From contig OZ220716.1 in assembly GCA_965116795.1 (NCBI GenBank), positions 224,001 through 288,000 on the forward strand: 64,000 nucleotides of DNA. Reading direction: 5' to 3'. Under the pieces are notes generated by a model. It saw only the letters and a list, made by a program, of their open reading frames with translations, made no database searches and was not told where the DNA came from. The stretch is from Gammaproteobacteria bacterium (lineage in GTDB: Bacteria > Pseudomonadota > Gammaproteobacteria > JAJFKG01). The translations under genes and the position numbers were made by a program. Shown piece by piece: positions 1 to 13,099 of the stretch (position 1 is its first letter; each line of letters opens with the position of its first letter).

Positions 1-47
1 TTGGACTCGACTTCACATTAACTGCAATCATGTTAGGAGGCTGGTAA
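1..47 (+). CDS. mlaE: 3' end of MlaE lipid asymmetry ABC permease (partial)
   Basis: Frame 3 reads GLDFTLTAIMLGGW*, the typical MlaE C-terminus; the stop overlaps the mlaD ATG. Confidence 0.8.
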   Translation, partial: GLDFTLTAIMLGGW

Positions 48-517
48 TGGTGCGTGAAAAATACATTGAAACTGCAGTTGGTTTATTTATGTTAGCTGCA
101 ATCATTGCCATGTTAGTTCTGGCATTTAAAGTTAGTGGATTAAATTTATCATTAGGTAGAAGCAGTTATAGCGTAACAGCTAGCTTTGCTAATATCGGTA
201 ATTTAAAACCCCGTGCTGAAGTATCATTAGCTGGTGTTAAAATTGGTGAAGTTCAATACATTGAACTTGATACTAATGATTACATGGCAAAGATTACCAT
301 GGTTATCGATGCAAATGCTGATGCCATTCCAACAGACTCCACAGCAAGCATCCTAACATCTGGTTTAATAGGTGCAAATTATGTGAGTTTAACCCCTGGG
401 TTTGAAGATGCTTATTTAAAAAATGGAGATCATATTAGTAATACTAACCAAGCATTAATTTTAGAAAATCTAATTGGTCAATTGCTATTTAGCTTAAAAG
501 ATAAATCATCAAAGTGA
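47..517 (+). CDS. mlaD: MCE-domain lipid asymmetry protein MlaD
   Basis: N-terminal TM helix, MCE motifs (FANIGNLKPRAEVSLAGVKIGEV, ILTSGLIGANY), mla operon context. Confidence 0.95.
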   Translation: MVREKYIETAVGLFMLAAIIAMLVLAFKVSGLNLSLGRSSYSVTASFANIGNLKPRAEVSLAGVKIGEVQYIELDTNDYMAKITMVIDANADAIPTDSTASILTSGLIGANYVSLTPGFEDAYLKNGDHISNTNQALILENLIGQLLFSLKDKSSK

Positions 518-527
518 GGATATAATT

Positions 528-1189
528 ATGACACCATATACTACTACCCGACGTTTACCACTATCACGTTATCTTGCATTAGTTATTAGTGTCATTTTAG
601 CGGGAATCATGCTGCAATCTCATGCTGCCACATCAGGTACAACAACAAATTCAACAGATTCACCAGAAGAAATTGTTAAAAACACCTCGGATGAAGTCAT
701 TTCACAATTATGCAAAGAACCGAATATCGCTAATAATATTCCGACAGCTTACGCTATCATTAAAAAGTATGCTGCACCTTATATGGATAATGTTGGTATG
801 GCACGCTCAGTACTTGGGCGTCAACGGTGGAAAGCAACTAGTGCGTCTCAACAACGACGTTTTACTGACACATTTAAAGTAACTGTGATGCGTACGTATG
901 CAGTTGCCTTGTCTCAATACACCAACGAAACCGTACGTGTGTTACCACTACGTGGCAACCAACAACAATCTCGTGTTATTGTTAAAACCCAGATTTTAGG
1001 CAATGGACCTACTGTTGCGGTTAATTACCGCTTGGTTCGTAAAAATGATGGTTGGAAAGTGTATGACTTTGATGTGGAAGGCGTTAGTATGTTACGCAGT
1101 TTTCGCAGTCAATTTGCTGAGGAACTTGCTAGAAATAATAGCCTAGATGCATTAATTAATACGCTACAGCAACATAATCGTGACGTCAA

Positions 1190-1193
<4 letters not shown>
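528..1193 (+). CDS. mlaC: Periplasmic phospholipid shuttle MlaC
   Basis: Signal peptide, WKVYDFDVEGVSMLRSFRSQF motif, position after mlaD. Confidence 0.93.
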
Positions 1194-2784
<1,591 letters not shown>

Positions 2785-2824
2785 TAGTGAAGTACTATTC
2801 GGGAAAACGTCAAAGGAAAGATAC

Positions 2825-3586
2825 ATGACAACAACGTTAACTGAATTAGTTAAATACTGTGATCGTTTATTGGAAAGCGATAGCTTTCATGATTATTGTC
2901 CGAATGGTTTACAAGTACAAGGTAAACAAAACATTACTACGATTGTATCCGGAGTAACTGCATCGCAAGCCTTACTCGATGCGGCTGTGACACTACATGC
3001 TGATTTAGTATTGGTACATCACGGTTTCTTTTGGCGTGGTGAACAACCGCAAGTCACTGGGATGAAACGTAACCGTCTACATACATTATTGCAACACGAC
3101 ATCAGTTTGCTGGCTTATCATATTCCCTTAGATGCCCATCCTAAATTAGGTAATAACGTACAATTAGCCAAACAATTAGGGATACGCGTTACTGATACAT
3201 TTCCCACTGAATTCACCCCAAGCATTGGTTTTGTCGGCAAATTAACTGAACCCATGCCAGCAGAACAATTTGCTGAACACATTGCAACGGTACTACAACG
3301 TAAACCGTTACATATTAAAACTCATCAGCGTCCGCTGCAAACCATTGCCTGGTGTAGTGGCGGTGCCCAAGATTATATTGAAACAGCAGCAAATTATGGT
3401 ATCGATGCTTACTTGTCTGGTGAAATATCAGAACGCACCACACACAGTGCACGTGAATTAACTATTGATTATTTTAGTGCTGGGCACCATGCGACTGAAC
3501 GTTATGGGATAAAAGCATTAGGTAAACATCTAGCAAGTAAATTTGATCTAACTTGTGAGTTTATAGATATTGACAATCCAGTCTAG
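2825..3586 (+). CDS. Nif3-like dinuclear metal centre protein (YbgI family)
   Basis: DYCPNGLQVQG, VHHG, HIPLDAH, GHHATERYG motifs. Confidence 0.93.
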   Translation: MTTTLTELVKYCDRLLESDSFHDYCPNGLQVQGKQNITTIVSGVTASQALLDAAVTLHADLVLVHHGFFWRGEQPQVTGMKRNRLHTLLQHDISLLAYHIPLDAHPKLGNNVQLAKQLGIRVTDTFPTEFTPSIGFVGKLTEPMPAEQFAEHIATVLQRKPLHIKTHQRPLQTIAWCSGGAQDYIETAANYGIDAYLSGEISERTTHSARELTIDYFSAGHHATERYGIKALGKHLASKFDLTCEFIDIDNPV

Positions 3587-3588
3587 CA

Positions 3589-3649
3589 TATACTCTGCGC
3601 CCTTGAATTGTAGGCTTTGTTGGCTACAATCCAATTGCTTGAGTCTATA
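3589..3649. repeat. Short (core-deleted) ERIC-like palindromic element
   Basis: TATACTC...GAGTCTATA ends; shares ttgtaggctttgttggct and caatccaattgcttgagtcta with copies at 18351 and 27624. Confidence 0.85.
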
Positions 3650-3661
3650 CTTCGTTATAAA

Positions 3662-4432
3662 TCAAATGTACTTTAACTTTTCTAGTTTAGCATGTTGCGC
3701 TGATACCACACCATGTTGCGACACCCTCCAATTGTTATCGATAAATCCAACCTGTGTTAATTGTTTTAATACGATCAGTAACCGTTTTTTAAAGTTACCA
3801 CGACGTTTTTCGTTAGTTCCACAATATAACTGTAAGCTATCCAATTCAGTAACGGGAATAGTTTTATATGTTGACCAAAAACCATGTAACCAACGTGCCA
3901 ACCCTCTTGGTAATGCCATACGTTGTGATAAATTAAGCACAACTGCTGCCGTTGTATTAATAAACTGAACATACTCTGGGTTAAATACAAATACAATTTG
4001 TTTACCTGCACGCTCTAAACATAATGTTGTAAAAAACTGTCCATGGAAATGTTGCTTACCATAATAAATACAACATTCCACATTAGCTAAACGGTTTACG
4101 ACTGTCTGTACTAGTTGATAATCAGTACGGCCGTAATGTCGATTGTTTAAGACAGCAAATAATTGGCTAAGTGATATTCGGCAAGTTAGATCGGTTGGTA
4201 ATTGAATTGAATACGTGTGAACTGTTAGTAATGTTGTTAAATAATGCAATGCCAATACTATATCACCATCATATTGTGACAAATATGCACCGCGATATCC
4301 GATGTGTTGTGCTGTTAAACTCGCGACTGTATGCGTAGTTATTCGCTGATCTCGACGTGCCATACCAAACAGAGATGAACGCAGTAATGCCACATTAGCA
4401 CACCCTGGGGACTGCCATGGGTTGCTAATCAT
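3662..4432 (-). CDS. TrfA-family (plasmid replication initiator-like) protein, solitary
   Basis: LRSSLFG, IGYRGAYLSQYDGD, LARWLHGFWST, LYCGT..FKKRL..L..L..VGFI..W motifs resemble TrfA-family initiators. Confidence 0.72.
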   Translation of the reverse strand: MISNPWQSPGCANVALLRSSLFGMARRDQRITTHTVASLTAQHIGYRGAYLSQYDGDIVLALHYLTTLLTVHTYSIQLPTDLTCRISLSQLFAVLNNRHYGRTDYQLVQTVVNRLANVECCIYYGKQHFHGQFFTTLCLERAGKQIVFVFNPEYVQFINTTAAVVLNLSQRMALPRGLARWLHGFWSTYKTIPVTELDSLQLYCGTNEKRRGNFKKRLLIVLKQLTQVGFIDNNWRVSQHGVVSAQHAKLEKLKYI

Positions 4433-4509
4433 TTTGTTACCTTGCTATTACTGCATTGATGAGTTTATTCTAACATATTGATTTTGATTGCAAATATGAT
4501 TATTCTATA

Positions 4510-4536
4510 CGTCACCAAAAAATGTCAGCTTTGAGT
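4510..4536. repeat. Fragment of the GTAAC-ended palindromic element (left arm)
   Basis: cgtcaccaaaaaatgtcagctttgag matches cgttactaaaaaacgtcagctttga at 47699. Confidence 0.6.
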
Positions 4537-4585
4537 ATACACTAAAAAAATAAAAACCAATTTCTGCATTTTGCAAGTTAAATTG

Positions 4586-5947
4586 TTATACCCCAGCAAC
4601 TGTCATCTGCTCTAATAAAATAGATCCGGAATGAATACGCCCACGTCGATCGACATCGTTGGCAACAGCCACTAAATTTAACCATAAATCAGCTAAATTG
4701 CCTGCAATAGTAATTTCAGCAACTGGGTATTGGATGGTACCATTCTCTACCCAAAAACCAACAGCACCACGTGAATAATCGCCAGTAACAATATTAACTC
4801 CTTGCCCAATTAATTCAGTAACTAGCAATCCTGTACCCATTTGTTGACATAATTGCGGCAATGTTAAGTCACTATGGTTAATCATTAAATTATTAACGCC
4901 ACCTGCATTCCCCGTTGTTTGTCTATTTAACTTACGAGCACTGTAGCTACTTAATACATACGATTGTAATTCACCTTGCTCGACAAATGTCTTAGTACGA
5001 GTCGCCACACCATCACCATCAAATGCACGACTACCCATTGCTTTGGGTAAATGCGGCTGCTCACTGATTGAAATGTGTTTTGCACATACAGACTGTTGCA
5101 ATTTATCTAACAAGAAACTGGCTTGGCGGTATTGGCTAAGGCCACTAATTGCTGACACTAAATGGCCAACAAATCCTCTGGCTATCTCAGCTTGTAAAAT
5201 AACCGGGACTTGAGTTGTCACAATCGGCTTTGCATGTAAACGCGCAACTGCACGTTGCCCTGCTTGCTTTCCAATAATAGCTGCATTGTCTAATTCATTT
5301 GGATCACGCGCGACGGTATAACTATAATCACGTTGCATATCATCTTGTTCACTGGCAACTGGCACACAATGTAAGCTGTGTGATGAACTGGCATACGTAC
5401 CTACAAAACCATGACTATTGGCATACAAACGTATACCATTACTCGTTGACACACTGGCACCATCTGAATTAGTAATACGTTGATCAACATCACGTGCTGC
5501 TTGTTCGGCATTACAGGCTAATTCAATTGCTTGCGGTAATTCAATTGACCAAGGATGATATAAGTCTAGTTCCAGAACATTGGTAGCCATTAAGTCACGA
5601 TCAGCTAACCCTGCATACGGATCATCTGTTGCATACTGTGCAAATTGACAAGCTGCCTCAACCGCCGAATCAATTGCAGCAGTGGTTAAATCCGTTGTCG
5701 ATGCACTGCCCTTACGTTTACCAAAATAAACCGTGATCCCAATCCCATTATCACGCTGATATTCAACTATTTCCACATCACCTAAACGTACATTTACTGA
5801 AAAACCATTATCAATGCTTGCTGATACCTCAACAGCAGTCGCACCACGTTGTTTTGCCTGTGCTAACACACGTTGTGCCAATATGGTTAATCGGTCGGTT
5901 ATTTGTTGTGGATTATCAATTAAATGAATTAAATTAGTTGTTGACAC
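4586..5947 (-). CDS. pmbA: Metalloprotease PmbA (TldE)
   Basis: FDGDGVAT, GQGVNIVTGDYSRGA, EITIAGNL motifs; GTG start. Confidence 0.95.
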   Translation of the reverse strand: MSTTNLIHLIDNPQQITDRLTILAQRVLAQAKQRGATAVEVSASIDNGFSVNVRLGDVEIVEYQRDNGIGITVYFGKRKGSASTTDLTTAAIDSAVEAACQFAQYATDDPYAGLADRDLMATNVLELDLYHPWSIELPQAIELACNAEQAARDVDQRITNSDGASVSTSNGIRLYANSHGFVGTYASSSHSLHCVPVASEQDDMQRDYSYTVARDPNELDNAAIIGKQAGQRAVARLHAKPIVTTQVPVILQAEIARGFVGHLVSAISGLSQYRQASFLLDKLQQSVCAKHISISEQPHLPKAMGSRAFDGDGVATRTKTFVEQGELQSYVLSSYSARKLNRQTTGNAGGVNNLMINHSDLTLPQLCQQMGTGLLVTELIGQGVNIVTGDYSRGAVGFWVENGTIQYPVAEITIAGNLADLWLNLVAVANDVDRRGRIHSGSILLEQMTVAGV

Positions 5948-6040
5948 GTATTACCTCATTTTAAAAACCATTATTATTTGCGTAGAACGGTTATGCTAGG
6001 GTATATTAACAGCCGCCAGTTTAGCGTGGGTTCGGACCAA

Positions 6041-6201
6041 TATACTCAAAGCGTTTTGAATTTAGGCGAGGCGGCAACCCTGGATAATCTCCGATTTCCA
6101 GGGCAAGGCTGCTCTTCGAATCAAAAGGAGTGTATTGAAATACATGACTTTTGTGAGAAAGCGCAGCCAACAAAGCATAAATTTAAAACGTGAAGAGTAT
6201 A
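6041..6201. mobile_element. ERIC-like MITE, full length, with a nested hairpin at 6078-6107
   Basis: TATACTC...GAGTATA termini; internal AGGCGGCAA, GGAGTGTAT..ATACATGAC and GCAGCCAAC motifs as in the ERIC consensus; copies at 8510 and 56820. Confidence 0.88.
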
Positions 6202-6227
6202 GCAATGTTAAGCCAGTCGGAGCAAAT

Positions 6228-6893
6228 ATGAAAACACAGGATATTTTACATCAACCAACCCAATTTTCTAACTTCTTTACCGTACACCATCCACTGCTAT
6301 TACATAAGTTATCTCTGCTACGCGATAAACGTACACCTAACAAACAATTCCGCGAATTAGTCAAAGAAATTACCATCTTGTTGGTATATGAAGTAACACG
6401 CAATTTAACCACGCAGTCCACAACCATTGAAACACCAATAACAACGATGCAAGCACCTCAACTATCTGGCAAACAACCGGTGATCTTACCCATTTTGCGT
6501 GCTGGGCTTGGCATGGTTGATGGAATTTTATCGTTAATGCCTATGGCTAAAATAGGTCATATTGGCTTATACCGTGATGAAAAAACATTAAAGCCCGTAT
6601 CCTATTATTTTAAAATTCCTGATGACAGTGCTGATAGGCAATGTTATGTATGCGATCCGATGCTCGCCACTGGCGGATCGGCTGTCGCTACGATTAAGCA
6701 ATTAACACAACGTAATATTAGTGATATTACCTTTGTCTGTTTAGTTGCATCTCCTGAGGGAGTTGAACAATTTTGCAAAGCGCACCCAACTATTCCTGTT
6801 TATGCTGCAGCATTAGACGAACGGTTAAATGAAAATGGTTATATCGTTCCTGGTTTAGGGGATGCAGGTGATCGGTTATTTGGAACACATTAG
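6228..6893 (+). CDS. upp: Uracil phosphoribosyltransferase
   Basis: [34 protein letters not shown]; start set at ATG 6228 because the longer ORF begins inside the repeat. Confidence 0.97.
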   Translation: MKTQDILHQPTQFSNFFTVHHPLLLHKLSLLRDKRTPNKQFRELVKEITILLVYEVTRNLTTQSTTIETPITTMQAPQLSGKQPVILPILRAGLGMVDGILSLMPMAKIGHIGLYRDEKTLKPVSYYFKIPDDSADRQCYVCDPMLATGGSAVATIKQLTQRNISDITFVCLVASPEGVEQFCKAHPTIPVYAAALDERLNENGYIVPGLGDAGDRLFGTH

Positions 6894-6915
6894 TGACACA
6901 GTGCACAAACTATAA

Positions 6916-7689
6916 TTAATCACTGTATCGATAATTCAGATTAATTGACAGCGGTAATTCATTGCACTTATTGACACGCTGAATATGCTTTTTTAAATAC
7001 TGATTAAAAAAATAAATAAACAATTTACGAGCACACTTAGAGAGTTGAGCCTTGATCAAGTATGCTTGTACCGATATAGTAATTTCTTGTGTAGTCTTCG
7101 CTGGCGTGTTGCTCTCTATTTTACCTTTAACTGAATGAGTCAACAGATAACATACTGCACGTGCACGAGAGCGAGCAGTTACTAAAAACTTGGTTTTCTC
7201 CATATCAATCAATGCAAACTGTCCATTATCATATAATATGTTACCCGCATGAGCGCTACGACAATTAATACCTCTACTATGAAGCACTTCTAAAAATTCT
7301 ACTGTTTTACACAGCATACGTTGTCGATATGCCTGATCAGTATTTTGACGTAATAAATTATCTATCGATATTCCTGGAACCTTATAATAACTAATCACAT
7401 ACGCCTGTTGCTCTGGGCAGTCATATGCAGCAATTAATTGCATTGTCTTGATGCCACGCTTAGTTAATTTTTGAATAACCATCAGTAATCTTTGTATTCT
7501 AGACCGTAAATGCCGCCATTCATTAGTTTCATATTTTAGACACTTTATTATTTTATCATCAGGCATCAACACAACCTGTTTATTATAATGATTCGGCGAC
7601 ATCAATATTTCACCACCTGATACCATTTTTAAATAATCTTGATGAGTGATTGTCGTCACAGGATACCGTTTTAATTCGCATTTTGTCAT
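6916..7689 (-). CDS. Kinase-fold protein (Kdo/WaaP/toluene-tolerance-like), paralog 1
   Basis: IIKC, YYKVPG, LHSRGINCRSAHAGNILY, FALIDME motifs. Confidence 0.65.
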   Translation of the reverse strand: MTKCELKRYPVTTITHQDYLKMVSGGEILMSPNHYNKQVVLMPDDKIIKCLKYETNEWRHLRSRIQRLLMVIQKLTKRGIKTMQLIAAYDCPEQQAYVISYYKVPGISIDNLLRQNTDQAYRQRMLCKTVEFLEVLHSRGINCRSAHAGNILYDNGQFALIDMEKTKFLVTARSRARAVCYLLTHSVKGKIESNTPAKTTQEITISVQAYLIKAQLSKCARKLFIYFFNQYLKKHIQRVNKCNELPLSINLNYRYSD

Positions 7690-7707
7690 TTTTTCTATCC
7701 TATCTCA

Positions 7708-8484
7708 CTATTCACAGTAGCGATAATTTGCATCAATTAACGGCGATAAAATACCTAGCTGCTTAAATCTCTCAATCTTTTTTCTAATACACTTATTTAA
7801 GTAATAAATAAATTGCTTACGAGTATGCTCAGGGAATTGTGCTTTTGCTAAGTATGTTTGCACTGACACATCAATTTCTTGTATATTATTAACCGGCATT
7901 TTGCGTCCTGCTTTTCCCTCAACTGCATGCATTAGAAAACGGTATACGCCTTCTGCACGATGTTGCGTTGATACAGAAAATTTCGCTTTTTCCATATCGA
8001 TTAAGGCAAACTCGCCTTGATCGTTATATAACACATTACCTGCATGACAACCGCGAAAATTAACGCCTTTTTGATGTAAAGTTGCCAAAAATATTACTGT
8101 TTTAGATAACAGATCTTGCCTGCGTGTATCATCAACACCATATTGCAACAATAAATCACTAACTGCTGTGCCTGGTAATTTGTAATAACAAATGATATGT
8201 GCTTTTTGTTCCGGAAAATCATATGCGGCAACTATTTTCATTGTGTTAACACCACGTGCAGCTAATCCTTGTGCCGCCGTTAAATAGCGTTGTATTCTAA
8301 AGCGTGTACTACGACACGGTTTACTTGCCAAACATTTTATAATTAAGCCATCAGGCATTAACACCACTTGTTTATTACATTTCTCCTCTGCAACAAGCAT
8401 TTTACCACCCGCGACCATATCTAAATATTGTTGATGAGTGATTTTAGTAATTGGATATCGTTTTAGTTCAGGTTTTGTCATCAT
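7708..8484 (-). CDS. Kinase-fold protein (Kdo/WaaP/toluene-tolerance-like), paralog 2
   Basis: IIKC, YYKLPG, LHQKGVNFRGCHAGNVLY, FALIDME; colinear with 6916-7689. Confidence 0.65.
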   Translation of the reverse strand: MMTKPELKRYPITKITHQQYLDMVAGGKMLVAEEKCNKQVVLMPDGLIIKCLASKPCRSTRFRIQRYLTAAQGLAARGVNTMKIVAAYDFPEQKAHIICYYKLPGTAVSDLLLQYGVDDTRRQDLLSKTVIFLATLHQKGVNFRGCHAGNVLYNDQGEFALIDMEKAKFSVSTQHRAEGVYRFLMHAVEGKAGRKMPVNNIQEIDVSVQTYLAKAQFPEHTRKQFIYYLNKCIRKKIERFKQLGILSPLIDANYRYCE

Positions 8485-8509
8485 TTATCGTGTTCCTATT
8501 GCTCTGTTA

Positions 8510-8682
8510 TATACTCAAAGCGTTTTGAATTTAGACGAGGCGGCAAGTCTTCGAATCAAAAGGAGTGTATTAAAATACATGACTTTTGTGAAAAAGCTTG
8601 CCCAGATCCTGAATCGAGTTCAGGACAAGCTTGATCCAGGGACGCAGCCAACAAAGCATAAATTTAAAACGCTTTGAGTATA
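8510..8682. mobile_element. ERIC-like MITE with doubly nested hairpins (8597-8641)
   Basis: Near-perfect TIR tatactcaaagcgtttt..aaaacgctttgagtata; same internal motifs as 6041. Confidence 0.88.
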
Positions 8683-8694
8683 TCATTACAAATG

Positions 8695-10140
8695 CTATTT
8701 AGTTTGTGTACCACCAACAGTTAAACTATCAATTTTCAATGTCGGTTGCCCAACCCCAACCGGTACTGACTGCCCATCTTTGCCGCATACGCCCACGCCG
8801 TTATCCAACGCGAGATCATTACCCACCATCGACACACGGGTTAACACATCAGGACCATTGCCAATTAATGTGGCGCCTTTAACTGGGTATTGCACTTTAC
8901 CATTTTCAACCCAGTAAGCTTCACTGGCAGAAAATACAAATTTTCCAGACGTAATGTCTACAGCGCCACCACCAAAATTGACTGCATACAGTCCTTTATC
9001 AACACTGGCAATGATTTCTTCTGGGGTATGGCTGCCCGCTAACATATAAGTATTTGTCATCCGTGGCATTGGGGTATGTGCATATGATTCACGTCGACCA
9101 TTGCCGGTTGCTGTCATCTTCATTAACTGTGCATTTTGCTTATCTTGCATGTAATTTTTTAAAATACCATTTTCAATGAGTACAGTACATTGTGTGGGCG
9201 TACCTTCATCATCGACATTTAACGAACCACGACGTTTACTTAGCGTGCCATCATCAACGACGGTACAACAATCCGTTGCAATCCGTTCACCTAACCGATC
9301 ACTAAATGCGGATGTTTTTTTACGGTTAAAATCAGCTTCCAGACCATGGCCAATCGCCTCATGCAATAACACAGCTGGCCAACCGGGGCCTAATACTACC
9401 GGCATTGCCCCTGCCGGTGCTGGGCGCGCCTCTAAATTGACTAATGCCTGACGCACTGCTTCATTTGCATAGGTTTGCAGCGTATCATCATTAAACAATG
9501 CGGCATAGGTGTCACGGCCACCACCCCCATAACTCGCTGTTTCAATCCGTCCTTGTTGTTCAACAATAACGGTAACATCAGCACGTACTAATGGGCGAAT
9601 ATCAGCTGCTAACATACCGTCACTGTCCAACATTAAAATAATATCGTATGTGCCAGATAAACTGGCAATTACTTGTTTCACTCGCGAATCAATCGCACGT
9701 GCTGTTTTATCAATGTTTTGTAACAAAGCCACTTTTTCTGCATGGGTTAATGCTGTTAATGGATTATTGGTTGGATATAAATCATGTCCTGTGATTTGAC
9801 GCGCTACGCCAATACGATTATTGCCACCATGCAACACAATTGAACGCGCTGCATTAGCCGCCTGGGTTAATGTCGGTAATTGAATATCATCCGAATAAGC
9901 AAAGCCGGATTTCTCACCACTGAGTGCTCTCACTCCAACACCACGACTGGTATCATAACTGCCTTCTTTTAAAATACCGTCTTCTAATACCCACGACTCA
10001 TGGACTGATGCTTGAAAATATAAATCTGCTGCATCGATAGTAGTCCCCAACATATCACCCAATAAACGTTCTAATTGCTGATCAGTAATACCTGCAGGGA
10101 TAAGTAGTGATTGTTTGGCGATGTCGATCGGAGCACTCAC
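8695..10140 (-). CDS. tldD: Metalloprotease TldD
   Basis: [34 protein letters not shown] motifs. Confidence 0.97.
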   Translation of the reverse strand: MSAPIDIAKQSLLIPAGITDQQLERLLGDMLGTTIDAADLYFQASVHESWVLEDGILKEGSYDTSRGVGVRALSGEKSGFAYSDDIQLPTLTQAANAARSIVLHGGNNRIGVARQITGHDLYPTNNPLTALTHAEKVALLQNIDKTARAIDSRVKQVIASLSGTYDIILMLDSDGMLAADIRPLVRADVTVIVEQQGRIETASYGGGGRDTYAALFNDDTLQTYANEAVRQALVNLEARPAPAGAMPVVLGPGWPAVLLHEAIGHGLEADFNRKKTSAFSDRLGERIATDCCTVVDDGTLSKRRGSLNVDDEGTPTQCTVLIENGILKNYMQDKQNAQLMKMTATGNGRRESYAHTPMPRMTNTYMLAGSHTPEEIIASVDKGLYAVNFGGGAVDITSGKFVFSASEAYWVENGKVQYPVKGATLIGNGPDVLTRVSMVGNDLALDNGVGVCGKDGQSVPVGVGQPTLKIDSLTVGGTQTK

Positions 10141-10146
10141 GTTAGA

Positions 10147-11607
10147 TTATTCCACACTTGTTAGTTTTGCTTTTAACAATTTATTGACTTCAGCCGGATT
10201 GGCTTTGCCTTTAGTTTTCTTCATCATTTGTCCAACAAAAAAACCAAATAATTTTTCTTTACCACCACGATATTGTTGCACTTGTTCAGGATGAGCATTG
10301 ATCACGTCATCGATTAATTGATTGATTACATTAACATCGGTAATTTGTTTTAAACCTTGCTGTTCGATAATACTATCTGCATCACCACCATGTTGCCATA
10401 AATGTTCAAAAACGGTTTTGCCAATTTTGCCAGAAATAGTATTATCAATAATACGATTCAGTAATCCTTGTAATTGTTGACTACTCACTGGCGATTGTTC
10501 AATGGTTAAATTCTCTTTGTTTAAGTATGCTGCCAACTCACCCATCACCCAGTTTGCAGCTAATTTTGCATAAGTCTTTTGATCAGCTACTGTTGGGATC
10601 TCAGCAATCACGGCTTCAAAATACTCAGCTAATTCTTGATTGTTTACCAAGTTTGTCGCATCGTAAGCAGATAAGCCATACGTTTGTTGTAAGCGCGTAC
10701 TTTTCTGTTCAGGCAATTCGGGTAACTGTTGTTTAATTTCATTAATGACGTCTTGAGAAATAACCAATGGCAATAAATCTGGATCGGGGAAATAACGGTA
10801 GTCATTGGCTTCTTCTTTCGCACGCATCGTGCGCGTTACATTACGATCAGCATCATATAAGCGTGTTTCTTGAATCACATGACCGCCGCTGGTTAACACT
10901 TGAATTTGGCGTTCAATTTCATAATTAATCGCTTTTTCAACAAACCGAAATGAATTCACATTCTTGGTTTCTGTACGAGTCCCTAATGTACTTTGCCCTT
11001 TAGGGCGCACCGACACATTGGCATCACAACGAAATGACCCTTCTTGCATATTGCCATCACAAATCCCTAAATAACGCACTAATGTGTGTAATGCTTTTAA
11101 ATAAGCAACCGCTTCTTTAGCCGAACGCATATCTGGTTCAGACACTATTTCCAACAGTGGCGTGCCAGCGCGGTTTAAATCAATCCCCGTCATGCCATGA
11201 AAATCTTCATGCAATGATTTTCCAGCATCTTCTTCTAAATGTGCACGCGTGATCCTTATTGTCTTGCTAGTGTTCTCATCTAACATCACCGTTAACTTGC
11301 CAGACGATACAACTGGCAATTCATATTGACTGATTTGATAGCCTTTGGGCAAATCAGGATAAAAATAATTTTTACGCGCGAATACAGAACGCGTTGCCAC
11401 TGTTGCATTAACCGCTAATCCAAAGCGCACTGCCATCAATACCGCTTGATGGTTTAATACAGGTAATACCCCTGGCATTGCCAAATCGATCATGCATGCT
11501 TGGGTATTCGGTGGTGCACCATAGGCTGTTGCTGCACCTGAAAATAATTTAGATTGTGTGGCTAATTGCGTATGGACTTCTAACCCAATAACTGCTTCCC
11601 ACTCCAT
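10147..11607 (-). CDS. gatB: Asp/Glu-tRNA amidotransferase subunit B
   Basis: [40 protein letters not shown]. Confidence 0.98.
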   Translation of the reverse strand: MEWEAVIGLEVHTQLATQSKLFSGAATAYGAPPNTQACMIDLAMPGVLPVLNHQAVLMAVRFGLAVNATVATRSVFARKNYFYPDLPKGYQISQYELPVVSSGKLTVMLDENTSKTIRITRAHLEEDAGKSLHEDFHGMTGIDLNRAGTPLLEIVSEPDMRSAKEAVAYLKALHTLVRYLGICDGNMQEGSFRCDANVSVRPKGQSTLGTRTETKNVNSFRFVEKAINYEIERQIQVLTSGGHVIQETRLYDADRNVTRTMRAKEEANDYRYFPDPDLLPLVISQDVINEIKQQLPELPEQKSTRLQQTYGLSAYDATNLVNNQELAEYFEAVIAEIPTVADQKTYAKLAANWVMGELAAYLNKENLTIEQSPVSSQQLQGLLNRIIDNTISGKIGKTVFEHLWQHGGDADSIIEQQGLKQITDVNVINQLIDDVINAHPEQVQQYRGGKEKLFGFFVGQMMKKTKGKANPAEVNKLLKAKLTSVE

Positions 11608-11630
11608 CTTTCACCTCGTATGATTGCGTA

Positions 11631-13082
11631 TTATGACAATGACGGTCGGCGTGTATGCCAATCTGTCACTTGTTGGTATTGATGCGCTACCGTTAATAAT
11701 TGCTGTTCACTAAAATGGTTACCAATTAACTGAGCACCGATCGGCAAGCTATTATGAAAACCAGCAGGCATTGATAACCCAGGCAATCCAGCCAAATTAA
11801 CGGCTAATGTATATTGATCGGATAAATACATGCTGATTGGATCACTGATCTTTTCACCCAGTTTAAATGCGGTGGTAGGCGTGGCCGGTGCTAAGATCAC
11901 ATCCACATTGTTAAATGCAGTTTGAAAGTCTTGATGAATCAAGCGACGACATTGCTGTGCTTTTACATAATAGGCATCGTAATATCCCGCTGATAACGCA
12001 TACGTACCGACCATGATCCGTCGTTTGACTTCTTTGCCAAACCCTTCACCACGACTACGTGCATATAAGTCAGCTAAATTGTGTGGTTCATCACAACGGT
12101 AGCCATAACGTACCCCATCAAAACGCGATAAATTAGACGAGCATTCCGCCGGTGCAATGATGTAATACGTCGGCATACTCAATTCTGTCATGTGCAGATC
12201 AATGTCGACAATGCGTGCACCCTGTTGTGCTAACATGCCTGCAACCGCATGAATGGCATCCGCAATCTCAGGGGCTAATCCATCGACAAAATGTTGTTTC
12301 ACTAATCCAATGCGCATTCCATTTAATGACGTTGATAAATTAGCTACGTAGTCGGGCACGTCACGATCAATACTCGTCGAATCACGTTGATCAAACCCGG
12401 CCATGTGTTGCAACAGATACGCACAATCTTCTGCAGTCATCGCAAAGGGACCACCTTGATCGAGGCTGGATGCATATGCAACCATTCCATAACGCGACAC
12501 GCGACCGTACGTGGGTTTTAATCCTGTAATCCCAGACAATGCTGCCGGTTGACGAATAGAGCCACCCGTATCAGTACCCGTCGCACCTGCTGCAAAACCT
12601 GCAGCCACTGCAGCCGCTGATCCACCGGAAGAACCACCCGGTACACGGTTTCGATCCCATGGGTTTTTAACTGCATCATAAAAGCTGTTTTCATTGGATG
12701 ATCCCATGGCAAATTCATCCATGTTTGCTTTACCTAGCAGCACTGTACCGGCTTGTTGCAAACGCTCGACAACAGTTGCATCATATGGTGCAATAAAGTT
12801 ATCTAACATCTTTGATCCGCAACTGGTTTTAATCCCACGCGTACAAAAGATATCTTTATGGATAATCGGAATACCGGTTAATGGTGTAGCATCACCTTGT
12901 TGCAGTCGTGCATCGGCCGCACGTGCATCTGCTAATGCGCGCTCTTCTGTTAACGTAATCAATGTATTTAAATCTGGATCATGTTGTTTGATGCGCGCCA
13001 AATAGTGTTGAGTCAATTCAACACTGGATACGGTTTTATCTCGCAACAATTGGCTCAGCTCAGCCAGCGTGTGTTGATGCAT
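11631..13082 (-). CDS. gatA: Asp/Glu-tRNA amidotransferase subunit A
   Basis: Amidase signature [26 protein letters not shown]. Confidence 0.98.
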   Translation of the reverse strand: MHQHTLAELSQLLRDKTVSSVELTQHYLARIKQHDPDLNTLITLTEERALADARAADARLQQGDATPLTGIPIIHKDIFCTRGIKTSCGSKMLDNFIAPYDATVVERLQQAGTVLLGKANMDEFAMGSSNENSFYDAVKNPWDRNRVPGGSSGGSAAAVAAGFAAGATGTDTGGSIRQPAALSGITGLKPTYGRVSRYGMVAYASSLDQGGPFAMTAEDCAYLLQHMAGFDQRDSTSIDRDVPDYVANLSTSLNGMRIGLVKQHFVDGLAPEIADAIHAVAGMLAQQGARIVDIDLHMTELSMPTYYIIAPAECSSNLSRFDGVRYGYRCDEPHNLADLYARSRGEGFGKEVKRRIMVGTYALSAGYYDAYYVKAQQCRRLIHQDFQTAFNNVDVILAPATPTTAFKLGEKISDPISMYLSDQYTLAVNLAGLPGLSMPAGFHNSLPIGAQLIGNHFSEQQLLTVAHQYQQVTDWHTRRPSLS

Positions 13083-13099
13083 GTCACTCCCCTGGTACG

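Noticed and set aside
4433-4585. Possible plasmid origin (iterons) next to the TrfA-like gene
   Set aside because: The region is AT-rich, but no repeated 17-22 bp iterons or clear DnaA boxes are visible.
5978-6193. Short ORFs 5978-6193, 8438-8677, 27549-27758, 27571-27789, 33730-33999, 47314-47496, 56825-57094 and 59773-59976
   Set aside because: They are largely translations of the palindromic elements and show no independent coding evidence.
9176-9451. Numerous antisense or overlapping ORFs inside tldD, gatA, mreB, purL, dotA, hldE, dksA and others
   Set aside because: They are shadow frames of well-supported genes with no recognisable motifs.
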